From Lama guanicoe (Eukaryota): a stretch of DNA of 64,000 bases. Below the pieces are notes generated by a model, which was not told where the DNA came from, searched no databases, and saw nothing but the letters and a program-made list of their open reading frames with translations. Below, in pieces: positions 1 to 12,322 of this stretch; the stretch's first letter is position 1, and each line of letters opens with the position of its first letter. The stretch is from assembly GCA_013239625.1 (NCBI GenBank), contig MU053216.1, forward strand, positions 1,950,943-2,014,942. The letters run 5' to 3'. The position numbers and the translations under genes are program-made.

Positions 1-1360
1 AAGGGTGGCGGCGGCGGAGGTGCCCGAGCCCGCCGCGGGGCCGGGTCGGTCGCCTGGGGATGGTTGTAGGTGGCAGAGGCCGCAGCACGAGGTAGGGGGG
101 CCAAGCGGACCCCAGGAGGGGAAGCAGATGAGATGGGGGTGGGGGAGCAGGGTCTGTGTGGCTGAAACGTCGATGCTGGCGGTGGTCTGCACTCCCAGAA
201 AGATACACCCACCGCCTTGGAATGATAAAGCCCCCGCAGGCGGGCCGACGCCTCCCATCCTCGGCGGGGCCGTCTCACCCACCGCCTCTTAGGGGAGGCA
301 CACTGAAGAATCCACCCCAGCTGCGGGAAGTGTAACAGGTGGGGGCCGGAGACGGGAACCCGGGGGGCCCGGAGAGGCAGCTCCGGCTTCGGCTGCCGTG
401 CGCCTCCTCAGTTTCCTCCCTGTTCTCCTGCCAAGCCCTGGCAAACTTCGCTCCCTTTCCCCGCCACGTCCCCCACGCCCCCACCTTCTTTCCTACGAGG
501 CTGGTCTCCAGGCTCGTCCTTCCCGGCTCTGACTTTGTCTTAAAGCGTTGATTGACGGTTGCAATTACAAAGGATGATGGCTTGGGGAGGCTCCCGCAGC
601 CTTGATGAGCCCAAGAAGACAGTTCTGGCATATTTTATCCGGGCTCAGCGTCACGGGCCGTGCGCCCCATCCACCCGCGGGCAGGGGCTGAGGAGATCTG
701 GGCCTCCCCGCCCGCGAGGAGGTCACTGCCTTGCTCTCCCGCCTCCGCCTTCCCGCGCCTCCGCGCCGCGCTCCCGAGCGCGCGCCTGGAACAGCCTGCC
801 CTTGACCTGACCTGGGGGGAGGGGTGTCGGTCGGCCCCGCGCACTTCCCGCGTGCAGTCTGCAAAGGCACAAAGTGTCAAGACTTTGAGGACAGGTTCGA
901 GTTTCCTGGGCTCAGCAAACACAGGTCCCCGGAAGCACAGCGTGGAAGACCCTCGCCTCCCGCGCGCCCGGGTGGGAAGCCTCGCACCACCCAGCCAGCC
1001 TCGCACGACGCTTGCCCGTCCACATCCTTGCAAACAATTTCGAAGGCCTCCTCCATGACTACTTGGTGCTTTCGAGAGACCAGAACACATTTCTCGTAGC
1101 ACGTGTGTACTTTTCGGCCCCAGAGGAAGCTTAGACACTTTTATCCCCTCCAGAAAGTCTCCACCACCAGGCCGAGAGAGCCCGAGGGCAAAGAGAAGCT
1201 GGTTTACTGGTCTCCTGAAACTTGGACTCTGCCTAATTTTTCGCCCCCCCCCGAAAAGCCCACCGTAAGCCATTTTTGTATTTCTCTGAAAATTAAGTTT
1301 AGTAAGAACAGAGTTTCGCTCCTGAGCTCGGGGGGGGGGTGGGCTCTCCGCCCCTGCCTC
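1..1360. promoter_or_regulatory. CpG island, truncated by the window start; probably the promoter/first-intron region of an unidentified gene
   Basis: Very GC- and CpG-rich with GC boxes and no repeat similarity. The overlapping ORFs are low-complexity G/P/R/A-rich frames with no recognisable protein. Confidence 0.6.
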
Positions 1361-1499
1361 TAGGCGAATATTTCACTGCAGACATAAATTACCAAAGAGC
1401 ATCAAATTGGCCGAACCTTTCAAAAAATAAACTTGAATAGGTGAGAAGTCGTGTCATGTTAAAAAAAAATCCCTTCGCCAATTACTACTTCAGACCTCC

Positions 1500-2730
1500 T
1501 CAGCAACAGTGTCGAGGGCGGTAGGGAGAACTGCCGCCAGTTTAGACACTGCGCCCTGGACGAGGTGGCCCGGGGACGGCGAGGGAACCACATTCACGCC
1601 GGAAGTATCTTAGTTTACCACGCCCCGTCTTCACCCACCAGAAGATGCAAGGTGATGCAGTTATCTGGGTAATCCAGACTCCTCCCCGCCTCCCCCAAAA
1701 CAAACTCCCATCCTAGCCCTGAAGGAAAGTTTGGCCTCAATGATTGGAATCTGCAGCTCTCGCTAATAAGGCTTCGCTGTGGAACTTCTGGACTTCATTT
1801 TCTTTGGGGCAAATTGCCCCAGCCCAGGGGTCCAGGCACGTCCCACCTTGGGAGGGCCGGTGCCCTTTGAAGTGAACAGGGAGATCCGGTCTTAGAAAGG
1901 AGCTGGCGGGGAAATAATCTTGGGTAGGTGGTCCAATCTAATCTATCTCTTCCTCTCTGTAATTGAAATGGAGATGGAAGTCAGCTCCAACTCAGAACTG
2001 GAGACTCCACTTTCGGAACCAACCAGAGCTCTGAGTGAGGGTCTCTGACCCGCCACCCAACCCTTGGCGAAATCAGCTGGACACCCACAGGAAGCAACCA
2101 GAGGGAAGGGGTCACGAGCTGCCTAGCTTCCGAGTCTCCCGCTATGGCCTGGAGGGGGTGGACCACCCAGAGGCTCTTCCCTTAGGAAAGCCCCCACGCA
2201 GGGGGTTTCTGGTTAAGATCCCAGAGTCCTGGACCCGCAGAGCTGCAGGCGTCCAGCAGTTTGGGTCCCTCTGGGACAGCAAAGAAAGTGGGGTTTGGAG
2301 AGGCAAGACTCGCGGTGGTGTCGTCCCCCTGGGGCTTGCCACGCGGACGCAGGGAGAGTGTTGGGGTCCCCGAGGTGCCGCGGTTGCTCGATTCGGAGGG
2401 TATCGGCTCCTTTTCTAACCAGCCTCCAACTTGAAGACAACTTCTGCGGTTAAGAGACGGTGGCCAGCGTGCGCCGAGCCTGGGGAGGAGTTCTTTCGCT
2501 TTCCCTCGGGGTTTCTTGTCTGGAAACTGTGGGACGCTGCTTCAGGGACCTGGTGGCGCGCTCTGACCAGTTCTTTCCAATCCTACACGGACAGCTGGAG
2601 GAGGTGGGGCTTTGGGCCACTGAGGATGTACACGTCCAGATCCGGAGCCAGAATCAGCATTTATTGTGAAAAATATTAGCGCCGCGCGTGAGATCAGCAT
2701 TTCTCGGGAGGAGACACACCCGGGTTTGTC
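1500..2730. promoter_or_regulatory. CpG-island shore / weaker CpG-rich regulatory segment
   Basis: CpGs retained; perfect ETS motif CCGGAAGT at 1599-1606; CCAAT (ATTGG) near 1743. Confidence 0.35.
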
Positions 2731-3414
2731 AAAAGTGTTTCAGAAGGGTAGTGGGTGGAGGTGGTGCTTAACCCATCTTTCCCTGTCTCCTCCCCTCATG
2801 AGACAACATTTGTTTGTTTCTTAGGAATAAAAAGTCCTGTCTAAACTCAGTCACTTACTTTGAGTGACCTCCCTGTCCTGCTACCCACGGACTCTTTAAC
2901 AAGTAAGTGCTCCCATGTCCTCCCGATTTCCTTGCCATGCGCTCAGCGGCCCTGCACCATAAACCGTGAAACTGCAGGCTGAACGTCAGGCTCCAGAAAT
3001 CCTTTCAGGAAATTCCAGAGTGGAAGACCAGAAGTGCCTTCCCACCCATCTCTGCCCTGCCCTCGGGCTCCACAGGCTGCGCCACCCCACCCAGACACCA
3101 CGCCCACCCCACCCTTCTGAACTCTTGTGGGTCCTAAATCAGACTTCCACCGTGGATTGAAGAGGAAAATAAAGAGCCATTTACAAATGTCTTTCTTCAG
3201 CCCAAAATGCCTTTCGGAAGACAGTCTGAGTAGACCAACATTGTTCGTAATCATAATTTGGTTATGACAACAAGGGCAAAAAGGTAACACCTTGAAAGAG
3301 CATGGATTTCAGAATCATATCCATGGGTGTCATTTACAGCTCATTCTTCTGACAAGCTGAGTGATTCTGGGTAAATCACTTGACTGAGAAGTCTATTTTT
3401 AAAATTTAAACAAA

Positions 3415-3960
3415 TGTTTTCTTGTTGAAATATAGTCAGTTATGATGTGCCAATTTCTGGTGTCCAGCATAATTTTTCAGTCATCCATGTACATACATAT
3501 ATTCGTTTTCACATTCTTTTTCATTATAGGTGACTACAAGACATTGTATATAGTTCCCTGTGCTATACAGAAGAAATACTTTTTTAAATCTATTTTATAG
3601 ATAGTAGTTAGTATCTGCAAATCTCAAACTCCCAATTTATCCTTTTCTACCCCCTTTCCACCCAGTAACCATAAATATTTGTTTACTATATCTGTGAGTC
3701 TGTTTCTGTTTTATAAATGAGTTCATTAGTGTCCTCTTTTTTCTTTTTTTCTTTAACATTTTTTAATTGAGTTATAGTCATTTTACAATGTTGTATCAAA
3801 TTCTTTTTTCTTTTTAGATTCCACATATGAGTGACATCATATGGTATTTTTCTTTCTCTTTCTGGCTTACTTCACTTAGAATGATGATCTCCAGATCCAT
3901 TCATGTTGCTGCAAGTATCAAGATTTCATTCTTTTTTATGGCTGAGTAGTATTTCATCAT
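3415..3960 (-). mobile_element. Young L1 3'-end fragment, inserted into a MIR
   Basis: Shares diagnostic blocks (tagttccctgtgctatacag; catatggtatttttctttctctttctggcttacttcacttagaatga) with the L1 at 35935-37110, which carries ORF2. MIR-like sequence flanks it at ~3290-3390 and ~3990-4110. Confidence 0.85.
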
Positions 3961-6199
3961 CTGAGTCCATTTTTTTTAATCAATAAAAAATGTTAAAAAA
4001 ATAAAATGTTAACACAGAAAACTTTTTCTTGTAATAAGTAGACCTTTATGTATGAGCTGGTGCCCCAAGAGGAGCCCACCAGGCTGTCATTAATAGCAGT
4101 TCTCTTTTCTCTTTTTCTTTTTCCCCTTAACTTCCCCCAGATCACCCTTCTGTAAGGAAAAAACCAGGAAGGGAGTCACAGCCATTCTAAGGACCATGAC
4201 AAGTAGATCTTCCCAGTGGGAGGTTCTGGCCAACTCCACCATCTTTTGCAGTGTTTGACACAGTTCTCAGGGCTCAGTCACATGAGCTTCAGCTATTCAG
4301 CTTGTTTGAAGTTTAAAAGTTAAAGTCTGTCTTGTTACTTATCAGTCACACAAAAACACACATAATGGCGCTCCCAAAAGGCCATGAAAGAGGCCTTTAT
4401 TGATCAGTCTGGTCCCCTTGGCTCCCCCAGGCTTAATCTCTCACACTCAGACTGGTCACATTCCAGCTCTTCCCCAGACCACAGTGCTCCCTGAACTCCT
4501 GAAGTTCCTTGAAGCCAACTGGATTTCTCATTCAAGTTATTGTTCCAGCAAGTGGAGAGGAAGGACATACACACTAAGAAGTAGCTTTCTCCTAAAGTGG
4601 GCTCTGGACTTGGGGAGCAAGACGTCTGACTCTTGCCCCACACAGGGCATCCCTGGAGGTGTCTGGGGGGGGGTTGGACCACCAGGTGGGGGACTGTCCC
4701 AGAGCCCATCTCTAGCCCAGCTCAACTTCGGGGTTGAATCCAAGATAACCCTAGGCATTGTGTCTGGGTGGAGGGGTCGAGTAAAGCATTGCTAAGCCTC
4801 TGTTCTCCTGTACTCCACACGTCTCTCTTGGTTTATTAAAAGAGACATTAAGAAATCCTTTAAGTCCCATCACAACTTGAGGATCCAGGCCAAGGAAGAG
4901 ACTCTGGGAAGCATTGTTTTGGAGGTGGGCAGGTGAGGAGGTCCCACGGTTAGCTTCCTGGAGGGAAGTGGCTGCCCATCCCCAGCAGAAAGAATCAGAA
5001 CACGGGTTTGGGTGACTGGTGTTCTAAACTGCATTGCCGATAAATCAGCTAGAGGTTACATACAGGCTGTCTCACTTTCCATGTGTGACATCTACTTCCA
5101 GAGATCTTTAAGGGCACAGAGCTTACTAGAGGTTATCACCAGAAGAAAATCAGACTCCAAGAGTGTGAAGGGGACCAGATAGCAACATTTACATCACGTC
5201 TCGATACGGCATGTGCATTGTGTATTCTGAACCCCTAACTACGCAGACAGAACTTCCTGTGGCAGGCATGCGACGTCAGATTGACTGTTTAATAAATATT
5301 CTTGGAAAATGCACTGAATTTGAAGAACTACATAAACGGAATACAAATCACAGCATAATGTTGGGCACATTGCAGGAGGGTCAATGTATACTTGTCACAT
5401 GATGTATTTCCTATCACACAGACTTGGCCCTTTGGCTGATACGGCACTGAAATTAGTACTGCGTATCATTCAGTAAAGTCACTCCACTCATGAAAAAGAA
5501 AAAAAACCCTAAGGCAGAACCCAAGCATCTGGGCAGCGTCGCAGGGCTGGGGAACGTCAGGGGGCCGATCTGGTACAACCCGAGGCCGCTGCTTTACGCC
5601 CCTCTGGTGATCCTGCAGGCGGGCAGAGAGGAGCAGGCCGTCCTATTTTCACTTTTCTACGTGAGCACAGGCAGCTAAACACAATTTTCATTTAACCACC
5701 AACGTGCATTTTAGAAAAATGCCATGCTCAACTAGGATGAAGAGAGACAGCCTTTTAGACAATCAGAGGCACCTTTCCCGGCAGAACACAGCTGAATTGC
5801 CGAGCTCAAATCCTGACTGGGCCATACATACATTGGGCTCAGTGTTGTGAAATTCTGCCCACCTGATCCCAACGTGCAATTTGCCATCTCAAAGCCGCCA
5901 GGGCCGCAGCTACTCTGAGCTGCACCTGTGGTTTCTCAGTGGGCCTGCCCTGGGCCATCAGACCCCCATCCAAGAGGCAACTGGCCATCAGGGACCCAAC
6001 TGTCCCGTCTGATGGCTCCCCAGTGTCCCCTCATCCTTTCTGTCCGCCTCCCGGGTGACTGTCTAGCCAAGAACCCTTGGGACGGCCCTCAGCTCTGCTG
6101 GGAGGCTTCCCTGTGGACAGACGGGCTCTCGGTGCCAACCGCCACCTCCAGGTGACTCAGACGTCTCAAATGGGGACACCTCTCCCCCATCCTTGGGGC

Positions 6200-6800
6200 T
6201 GCAGTGTCCGGGGACGCGGGAGAGCGCGCGCCTGGGCCGGGAAGTGGCGGCTGGCAGCCAGTGCGTTCCGGAAAGAGGTCCTCTTTAACCGGAAAATTGA
6301 CGGGAACCTCTCCCCTCCCTCCCCCGGTCTGGCGCCCGGAAGTGCCCGCAGGGGTCTGGGCTGTTCGCGGGCACGCGGAGGCCTGGGCGCCTCCTTCGAG
6401 ACTTTCTTGAGGTTCGGCCGCTAGCGGTCGCCCCTCTGGACCCCGCGGCCCCCAGACGTGCAGGTGCTCTGGCTTCGTGCCGGGAGGGACCCCGCGCGGT
6501 GTGAGCGCCCACGGGCTCAGCGAAGATCCGCGTCCGCCGCGTGAAGGCGTCTCCGGCCGCCACCCCGCGTGCGCCCTGGGGCTCGGCGTGCGTGGCCTCG
6601 GCATCCCCTCGCCCGACGTGCGCGTTGGCGGTGGGACGCGCCTCCCCGCGCGCCCCCGCGTCCCCCGCCCGGCCGCGCCTCTCCGCGCGCCCCCGACGTC
6701 AGCCAAGGCCGCCCCTCCAGCTGCCGCTGCCTGGAGGGACCCTTCGCCAGCGCGCCCCGGGGGCTTCGCCCCCAGCAAAGATTTGAAATGGCTCTGCGTC
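6200..6800. promoter_or_regulatory. CpG-island promoter with clustered ETS/GABPA-type motifs
   Basis: CCGGAAGTG 6336-6344, TTCCGGAA 6266-6273, ACCGGAAA 6288-6295, CGGGAAGT ~6238-6245, GC box 6663-6670, CRE-like CGACGTCA 6694-6701; high CpG density. Confidence 0.7.
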
Positions 6801-8296
6801 CTCTTCCAGCTCCCTTCCGTGCCCATAGTTCCTTTTTATCTGCGGAGCACTTGATTCTCTGTTGCACTCTGCCTGCCTTCCCCGCGTTTTCTTTCTCGTA
6901 AGTACAGAACATTTTTTTGTAACCATTTCCTCAATTGATATACTTTAGGGTGTAGTTGGCCCATAAAAAAAGCAATCACTGCATTCAGTGGAGTCATCTG
7001 GCTATCAAGGGAGGAAGAAGAAAAGCCGGAGCCTGGATTTTCCTTCTTGTTCCAGCAGAGCTGGAAGGAACCCAGCGCTGATGACAGGCCTCTGCCAGTT
7101 ACAGGGAAGTTCCAGCCCGACAGCCTCAGGCAGGGCTACAAAACGGCCCAGGCCTCTCGGACACTAGTGGGAAGGAAGCTGGGCATGATTTCCACAGATA
7201 AGAATTACAGACGGCTGGAATCACTTTCCTTCAGTCCTTTGCTTTTAGGCTTAAGTGAAGGTATTCTTGCCGTAACGTTAATGCTTGTGACTCGCCATTA
7301 TTTGTTCTTTCTTAAAATGAAAATTAGCTTTACTTACTTATTCTGTTTATGAAAAGAAGACATGCTTACTATTTTGAGGAAAAAAAAAGAAGACAGTAAC
7401 CTTACCTTCTAATCCTTAACTAATGATGGTATAATTTTTGCTTTTTCTGGCATGTAAAACAGAAGTTTTCTATAGTATCTGCAATGAATGAGACATCGGT
7501 ACTGTGGTGTGATCTGAAACTCCACAGATACTTGAAAGCATTTGTTAAAGTTTGATCAGTGATTACTCCATATGGTTAACTTATTTTAAGTTGTTCAAAT
7601 TTTAGCTTATTGTTTCTCATTTAAAATCGTCAGGAAGTATTGGGATGAAATTGTTATATTACACATTTTGCTTCCTGTCTGTTTTAGGCTAACAGAATGA
7701 CATCCAAAAACAGTGGACCAAATGAATAATATTTGAAATATTCATTTGCCTCTTTTGAGCTTTCAGAAAGATAAATGTGTGATATTTACATGGCCTTATG
7801 TGCTTTTGATAAACACAGTTGGAAGAGCCGTGACTTCTAACAGTAGACACATCAGTGAGGTTGAGTTACTACATGTATTAGCGTAGCAGCAGGATAGTAA
7901 GTAGCTGACAGATAGAGCAACTCCTACTTACCAATAGGTGTAAGCCCGTGCTTTAGAGATTCCTGTAAATCCCCAGTCTCCGAACTAGAAGACATTCTTA
8001 GTGAAATTACAGGCAGTCCTTTGGCTTAAAGCAGAAGTCATTGAGCATAAGAAACAGTGCAGCTTGTCAAGTTTGGTAGTGGTCGGGAGCACACATGCAG
8101 ACTACAGTACTCCCTGAGTGAAAGTTAAGAAAAAGCAAAAAAAAAAAAAAAAATCCAGGAATTCAGAAAGTTACAAGCAAGTCTTTTCCTGGACTCTGTA
8201 CTTTTTCCAGCATCAGTGCCCTGCTGTAAACCATGTGTCGAGTTTCATGATGGTTTCTAATCAGAGGAATGGAAACTTTCGATAGGCTTGGGCTAA

Positions 8297-8375
8297 TCAC
8301 ATGACTCTGTGCGGGCTGATAAGGGGACCCTGTTATAAAGTGACAGCAGGAGAGATAAGAACTCCTGGCAGATAA
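8297..8375. promoter_or_regulatory. Candidate GATA-dependent enhancer
   Basis: Three WGATAA sites on the same strand within 60 bp (8317, 8353, 8370), a CTG-N7-WGATAA composite (8307-8322) and a TCACATGA E-box (8297-8304). Confidence 0.35.
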
Positions 8376-9189
8376 CGGCAGAGAAATGATTAACTCAGAA
8401 GTGGAGAGGTGCTGTGCAGCACAGAGAGCGGAAAGCTGTAAACTGAGGGGTCAGAAGATCACAGTCAGTGGGAGGGGCTCCAAACCAGCTCAAACCCACT
8501 GACTAACCTGAGGCTTGTGACGCGCTCCCTCGATGTCATCACCTCTGCGCAGAGCACAGATGGGGCTCTCCGACCTCTGTAAGTGCATTTTAGATGACAA
8601 CGTTGGCAGACAGTAATTCTTGAAGTGATGACTGGGGATGTGACTGACACTTTGCAGGGCTACAGGCAGCCTTTCCAAGCCTGTGCTGACTGACTTATTT
8701 GTGTTTCGTTAAACAGTTTTTGATCTGCCTCTTCGTTAGCTGAGGAATTCGCCTGAACTGGTTTGCACATTGGTCAGTTGGTTAAGAGGGCAGCCGACCT
8801 ATCTCTTTACCCTTGATAGACTAAAACTTATACTCTGAGGTTAATGCTGGCAAAATGATGAACGTGTAACACATTTCCCATAATTTCAAAATCATCATTC
8901 TTTCTTGAATCCATGGGAAAAAATCTGGATCACTCTTCATCATCAAAGAACTATTACTCAAATGACCAAGGGTTTTAGGCTCTTGTTGAAAATCTCTCTA
9001 ATTCTTCAAACTTACAAAACCTGAATTCTTAGAGCAAAGCATGTCTTTCCATATTTTGTGGGACAGTTAGTTGTTTTCTTGTATGTTTTGATTTTGCTAA
9101 TGGAGCAAACTTTTTTTTTTCTTGCCTGAGATTCTATTTGGAAAACCCCAAATTTTTATATACAGCATTTTCCCCATCAAAATTGTACT

Positions 9190-9580
9190 TTTTGGATTAA
9201 ATTTGACTGTATATAATAGGAAAGCTGGAATGACAATAGTTTAAATAACACATTTATTTCTCTCATAAAAAAAATTCAGAGGTTGGGGTGGTACAGTGGC
9301 CCTACAAAGTTGTTGCAATTTATCATCCTCTGTCTCTTGTCCTCAGGTTCCAGAACAGCTGCGAGGGGTCAGCCATCACTACTGGGAAACAGTATGGAGG
9401 AAGGAAGAAAACACATATTCCTTTTTTAGGACATTCCCTGAAAGCACCACATAAACACTTTGCACATATCTCACTAGGCAGAAATTAGGCACATATCCAC
9501 GCTTAGCTGCAAGGGAGGCTGGGCAGTATTTAGCTGGGCAAGTAAATATGCATTTCAGAGTAAAAAGGATTGGGTGATTA
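9190..9580 (-). mobile_element. MLT1-type (ERVL-MaLR) solo LTR, old
   Basis: Typical MLT1 motifs: 'acatttatttctctca' and 'catatccacgcttagctgcaagggaggctgggcagtatttagc'. Confidence 0.6.
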
Positions 9581-9669
9581 TAATCATCCACGTCAGTCCT
9601 TTGTTGTTATTTCTTTAAACAATCAGGCAATAACATGGCACAATAGCAGAAATGTACCTACGTACAAAC

Positions 9670-10560
9670 TATGCAGCTGTTCCCTTCAAAATTATTAGGA
9701 CTCCAAACGGTTTTTGCTTATGTAAGTCAATGTCTATTAGTGTTTATTGTGTTCAGAGTTAAAACTGAGAATGTAAAAAAATTATTAATGACTTATAAGT
9801 ATATTAGTGTATTGTTCTTAAAAATATGTGACTGAATAACACATTTAAAATTGAAAGCAATTATTTTCCAAATTGAAAAAAAAATCTGTAAAAAGTGGCA
9901 TTTTGAGAAGTCTCTTTAACGTCTAGCTGGATTCTCACATCTGCTTCTGCACTCAGTCTGTAGTGATATATTGTTTTGGTTGAAGTTTATAAGAAAATGT
10001 GGTCTTCAAAATACGAAGTCAGGAAAAAGACGAGTCTCACAACAGCTTCTTCAGCTAATGATTGCCTTTTTCTTTGGCACTACGCCAGAAGCCCACAGGC
10101 GGTGTCTTCTCAGTTGAAATATGGACTCTGAAGCCGTTTCTGTGGACGCCTTGTGCTCTACTGCACTGAAGTTCACTGGCCTTTTCTACACTTCAAATAC
10201 ACCTTTTCCTATGCATGATTTTGTTACATCTTATACTGGTGATTTGAAAAATAGAGGTTCATCAAATGTGGCAAATTTTCCACATGTGGACAAGTGTCAA
10301 AAATTCTACTTGCTAATGTCACCACTGATGTCATCAAAAGTCTTTCAGTCCTGGGAGGCCGTCAGACTCGCAGTGAAATATACAACTTTTCGCTTGAACG
10401 TCTGAATTTTATCAGTGGAAAAATGTTCTATTTTTTCCTTGAAGTAACTGGTTCACTTCATATTTGAGAAGTGTCCCCCAAGCACCCACATCTAAACGAC
10501 GGCAGTTTGTCTGTCGGTCATTCTCAAAATCTAAAGGTAACGTTCCTTTGAAAAAAAGGA
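9670..10560. mobile_element. hAT-Charlie (Charlie1-like) DNA transposon fragment
   Basis: Resembles Charlie1 blocks: 'gctggattctcacatctgcttctgcactcagtctgtagtgatatattgttttggttgaagt' and 'aatatggactctgaagcc'. Confidence 0.55.
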
Positions 10561-11568
10561 GTCATGTTCTTCAAGGGTAGCACGTTAACACATTTTCACA
10601 AAGCGCATCCTGTGTGGAATACACTGGTTGTTCTGGTCAGAGAATACAAGGTTTGGAATCCTTTGTCAAACAAAATAGTGTGTTAATTTTGTCTGTTTTC
10701 ACAATGTGCTTTCATAATTCTATTTTTGGGAAATTCAGGGCAAGGAAGAAATTGGAATTGAATTAAAACAGATGACATCTTCTTTTGTTAAATACACAGA
10801 AACTTCCTGGTGCCGCAGCCTCAGTGTCCTGCCTGGGCTGCCTGCGCCCTGCTATGAAGAGATTTGTGGAACACAGAGGAGTTGGATGCTTACCATAGGA
10901 ACCTGGGATTCTGGCTCTTTTTCTGGCTTTTCATGTCTTTGAAATAAATGTCAAGATTATTTAAAAATGCACCTCCCTACACCTCAAGGTTACATTGTCA
11001 GTTGGTTAGAAGACTGATTTTTAAATCAACAGTTTCATTCATTTTCTTCAGGGCAGTAAAGTTAGCAAGCTCAAGGATGTTTCCTTGAGTCTTTGAAACT
11101 CTCTGGAGAGAAGGACTTGGTGTTTGTGATGAGCCAGAACAAGTGCACCTCTGGCCCAGGACCTAAGAAGAAAAGAGAGATAAATTGACGAGGGGCTATA
11201 TTTATATAAATGGGATATATATATATATATATTCCCTTAATTAACACATTATAACCTAATTAGAGTAATTGTTTAAATCACGGATGCTAATAAGGCTAAA
11301 ATCCAGGTTTTTACTTCTATGGAAAGAAGTTTTATAAATGGAAAAACCATCTGCAAGATCGCGTGGACGACTGGTGTCTCTAGTCGCACGAGAGTCTTGT
11401 GCCTTAATTGGGGAGGGGTCAGTTTGATACACTTATTGTATAGTTGATAAAAGGAAAGGGACCTTTTCTGAATTTTGATTGGATGATGATACCAGGCAAG
11501 TTGGAATGTAAATGTATGACACTAGCTAATTTCAATGTTGAAATTTAAGTTGAATTTTCTTCTTTTAG

Positions 11569-11678
11569 GTTGCTGGAAGAGACTCCTCCTCAGTGAGTGA
11601 CTCGAGCCCATGGGTGCACATTTTCAAGCCTTTATGTGGCTTGAAACAGTATGAACATCGATGCTTCTTTTAAACTGA
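11569..11678 (+). other. Candidate internal exon (110 nt), non-coding or 5'UTR, of a transcript from the 6200-6800 promoter
   Basis: Branch-point-like GCTAAT (11525-11530), pyrimidine tract ttttcttctttt, AG at 11567-11568 and consensus donor GTAAGT at 11679-11684. Contains only short ORFs. Confidence 0.45.
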
Positions 11679-11934
11679 GTAAGTGGGGTGTGTGTACAGC
11701 TGCAGATCATGTGTAACTCTGTATGTGGGCGTTCGTTGCAACATAATTGCACACGTCATAATCGACTGAGCTGTCGTTGTCTGAAGAGTCACATGCAGAG
11801 TCTATAATCCCCTTTTCCTCTTTGCTGTTTGCTCTGATTACTGTTGCTTTCGTTTCTCCTCTCGCTTTGCGTTACTAGGTTGAAATAAATGCTGGAATAC
11901 CACATCGGAATGATGATAGTGCTGTGTGGGTCTA

Positions 11935-12322
11935 CGTGAAGGAAGCCAGAAAGAGAAAGAAAAATGCCACATGGCATCATTTATGTGTGAAGTCTGAAAA
12001 ACAGAAGACACAAGCAAACTTGCTTACAAACCAGAAACAGACTCCCAGACATAGAAGACAAACTTATGGTTACTGGGGGGAGACGGGGTGGGAAGGGATA
12101 AATTGGGAGTTCGAGGTCTGAGATACTATCATGTGTAAAATAGATAAACAACAAGTTCCTACCGTAGAGCACAAGGAGTTCTATTCAATATCTTGCAGCC
12201 TCTGTGATGAAAAGAATATGAAAATGAATATACGTATGTCCGTGTGTGACTGAAACGTGATGCGGTGCACCAGACATTGACCCAGCACTGTGAACTGACT
12301 AGACTTAAGGTTTTTTAAAAAA
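11935..12322 (+). mobile_element. Young L1 3'-end fragment, partly GC-shifted
   Basis: Reverse complement of the L1 3'UTR blocks seen elsewhere (agccagaaagagaaagaaaaat...; aattgggagttcgag...), ending in an A-rich tail. Confidence 0.8.

Noticed and set aside
635..1273. 212-aa and other overlapping ORFs in the first CpG island
   Set aside because: GC-rich, stop-poor sequence gives ORFs in all frames; no recognisable domain.
6089..6826. 245-aa minus-strand ORF
   Set aside because: G/R/P/A-rich CpG-island artefact overlapped by ORFs in other frames.
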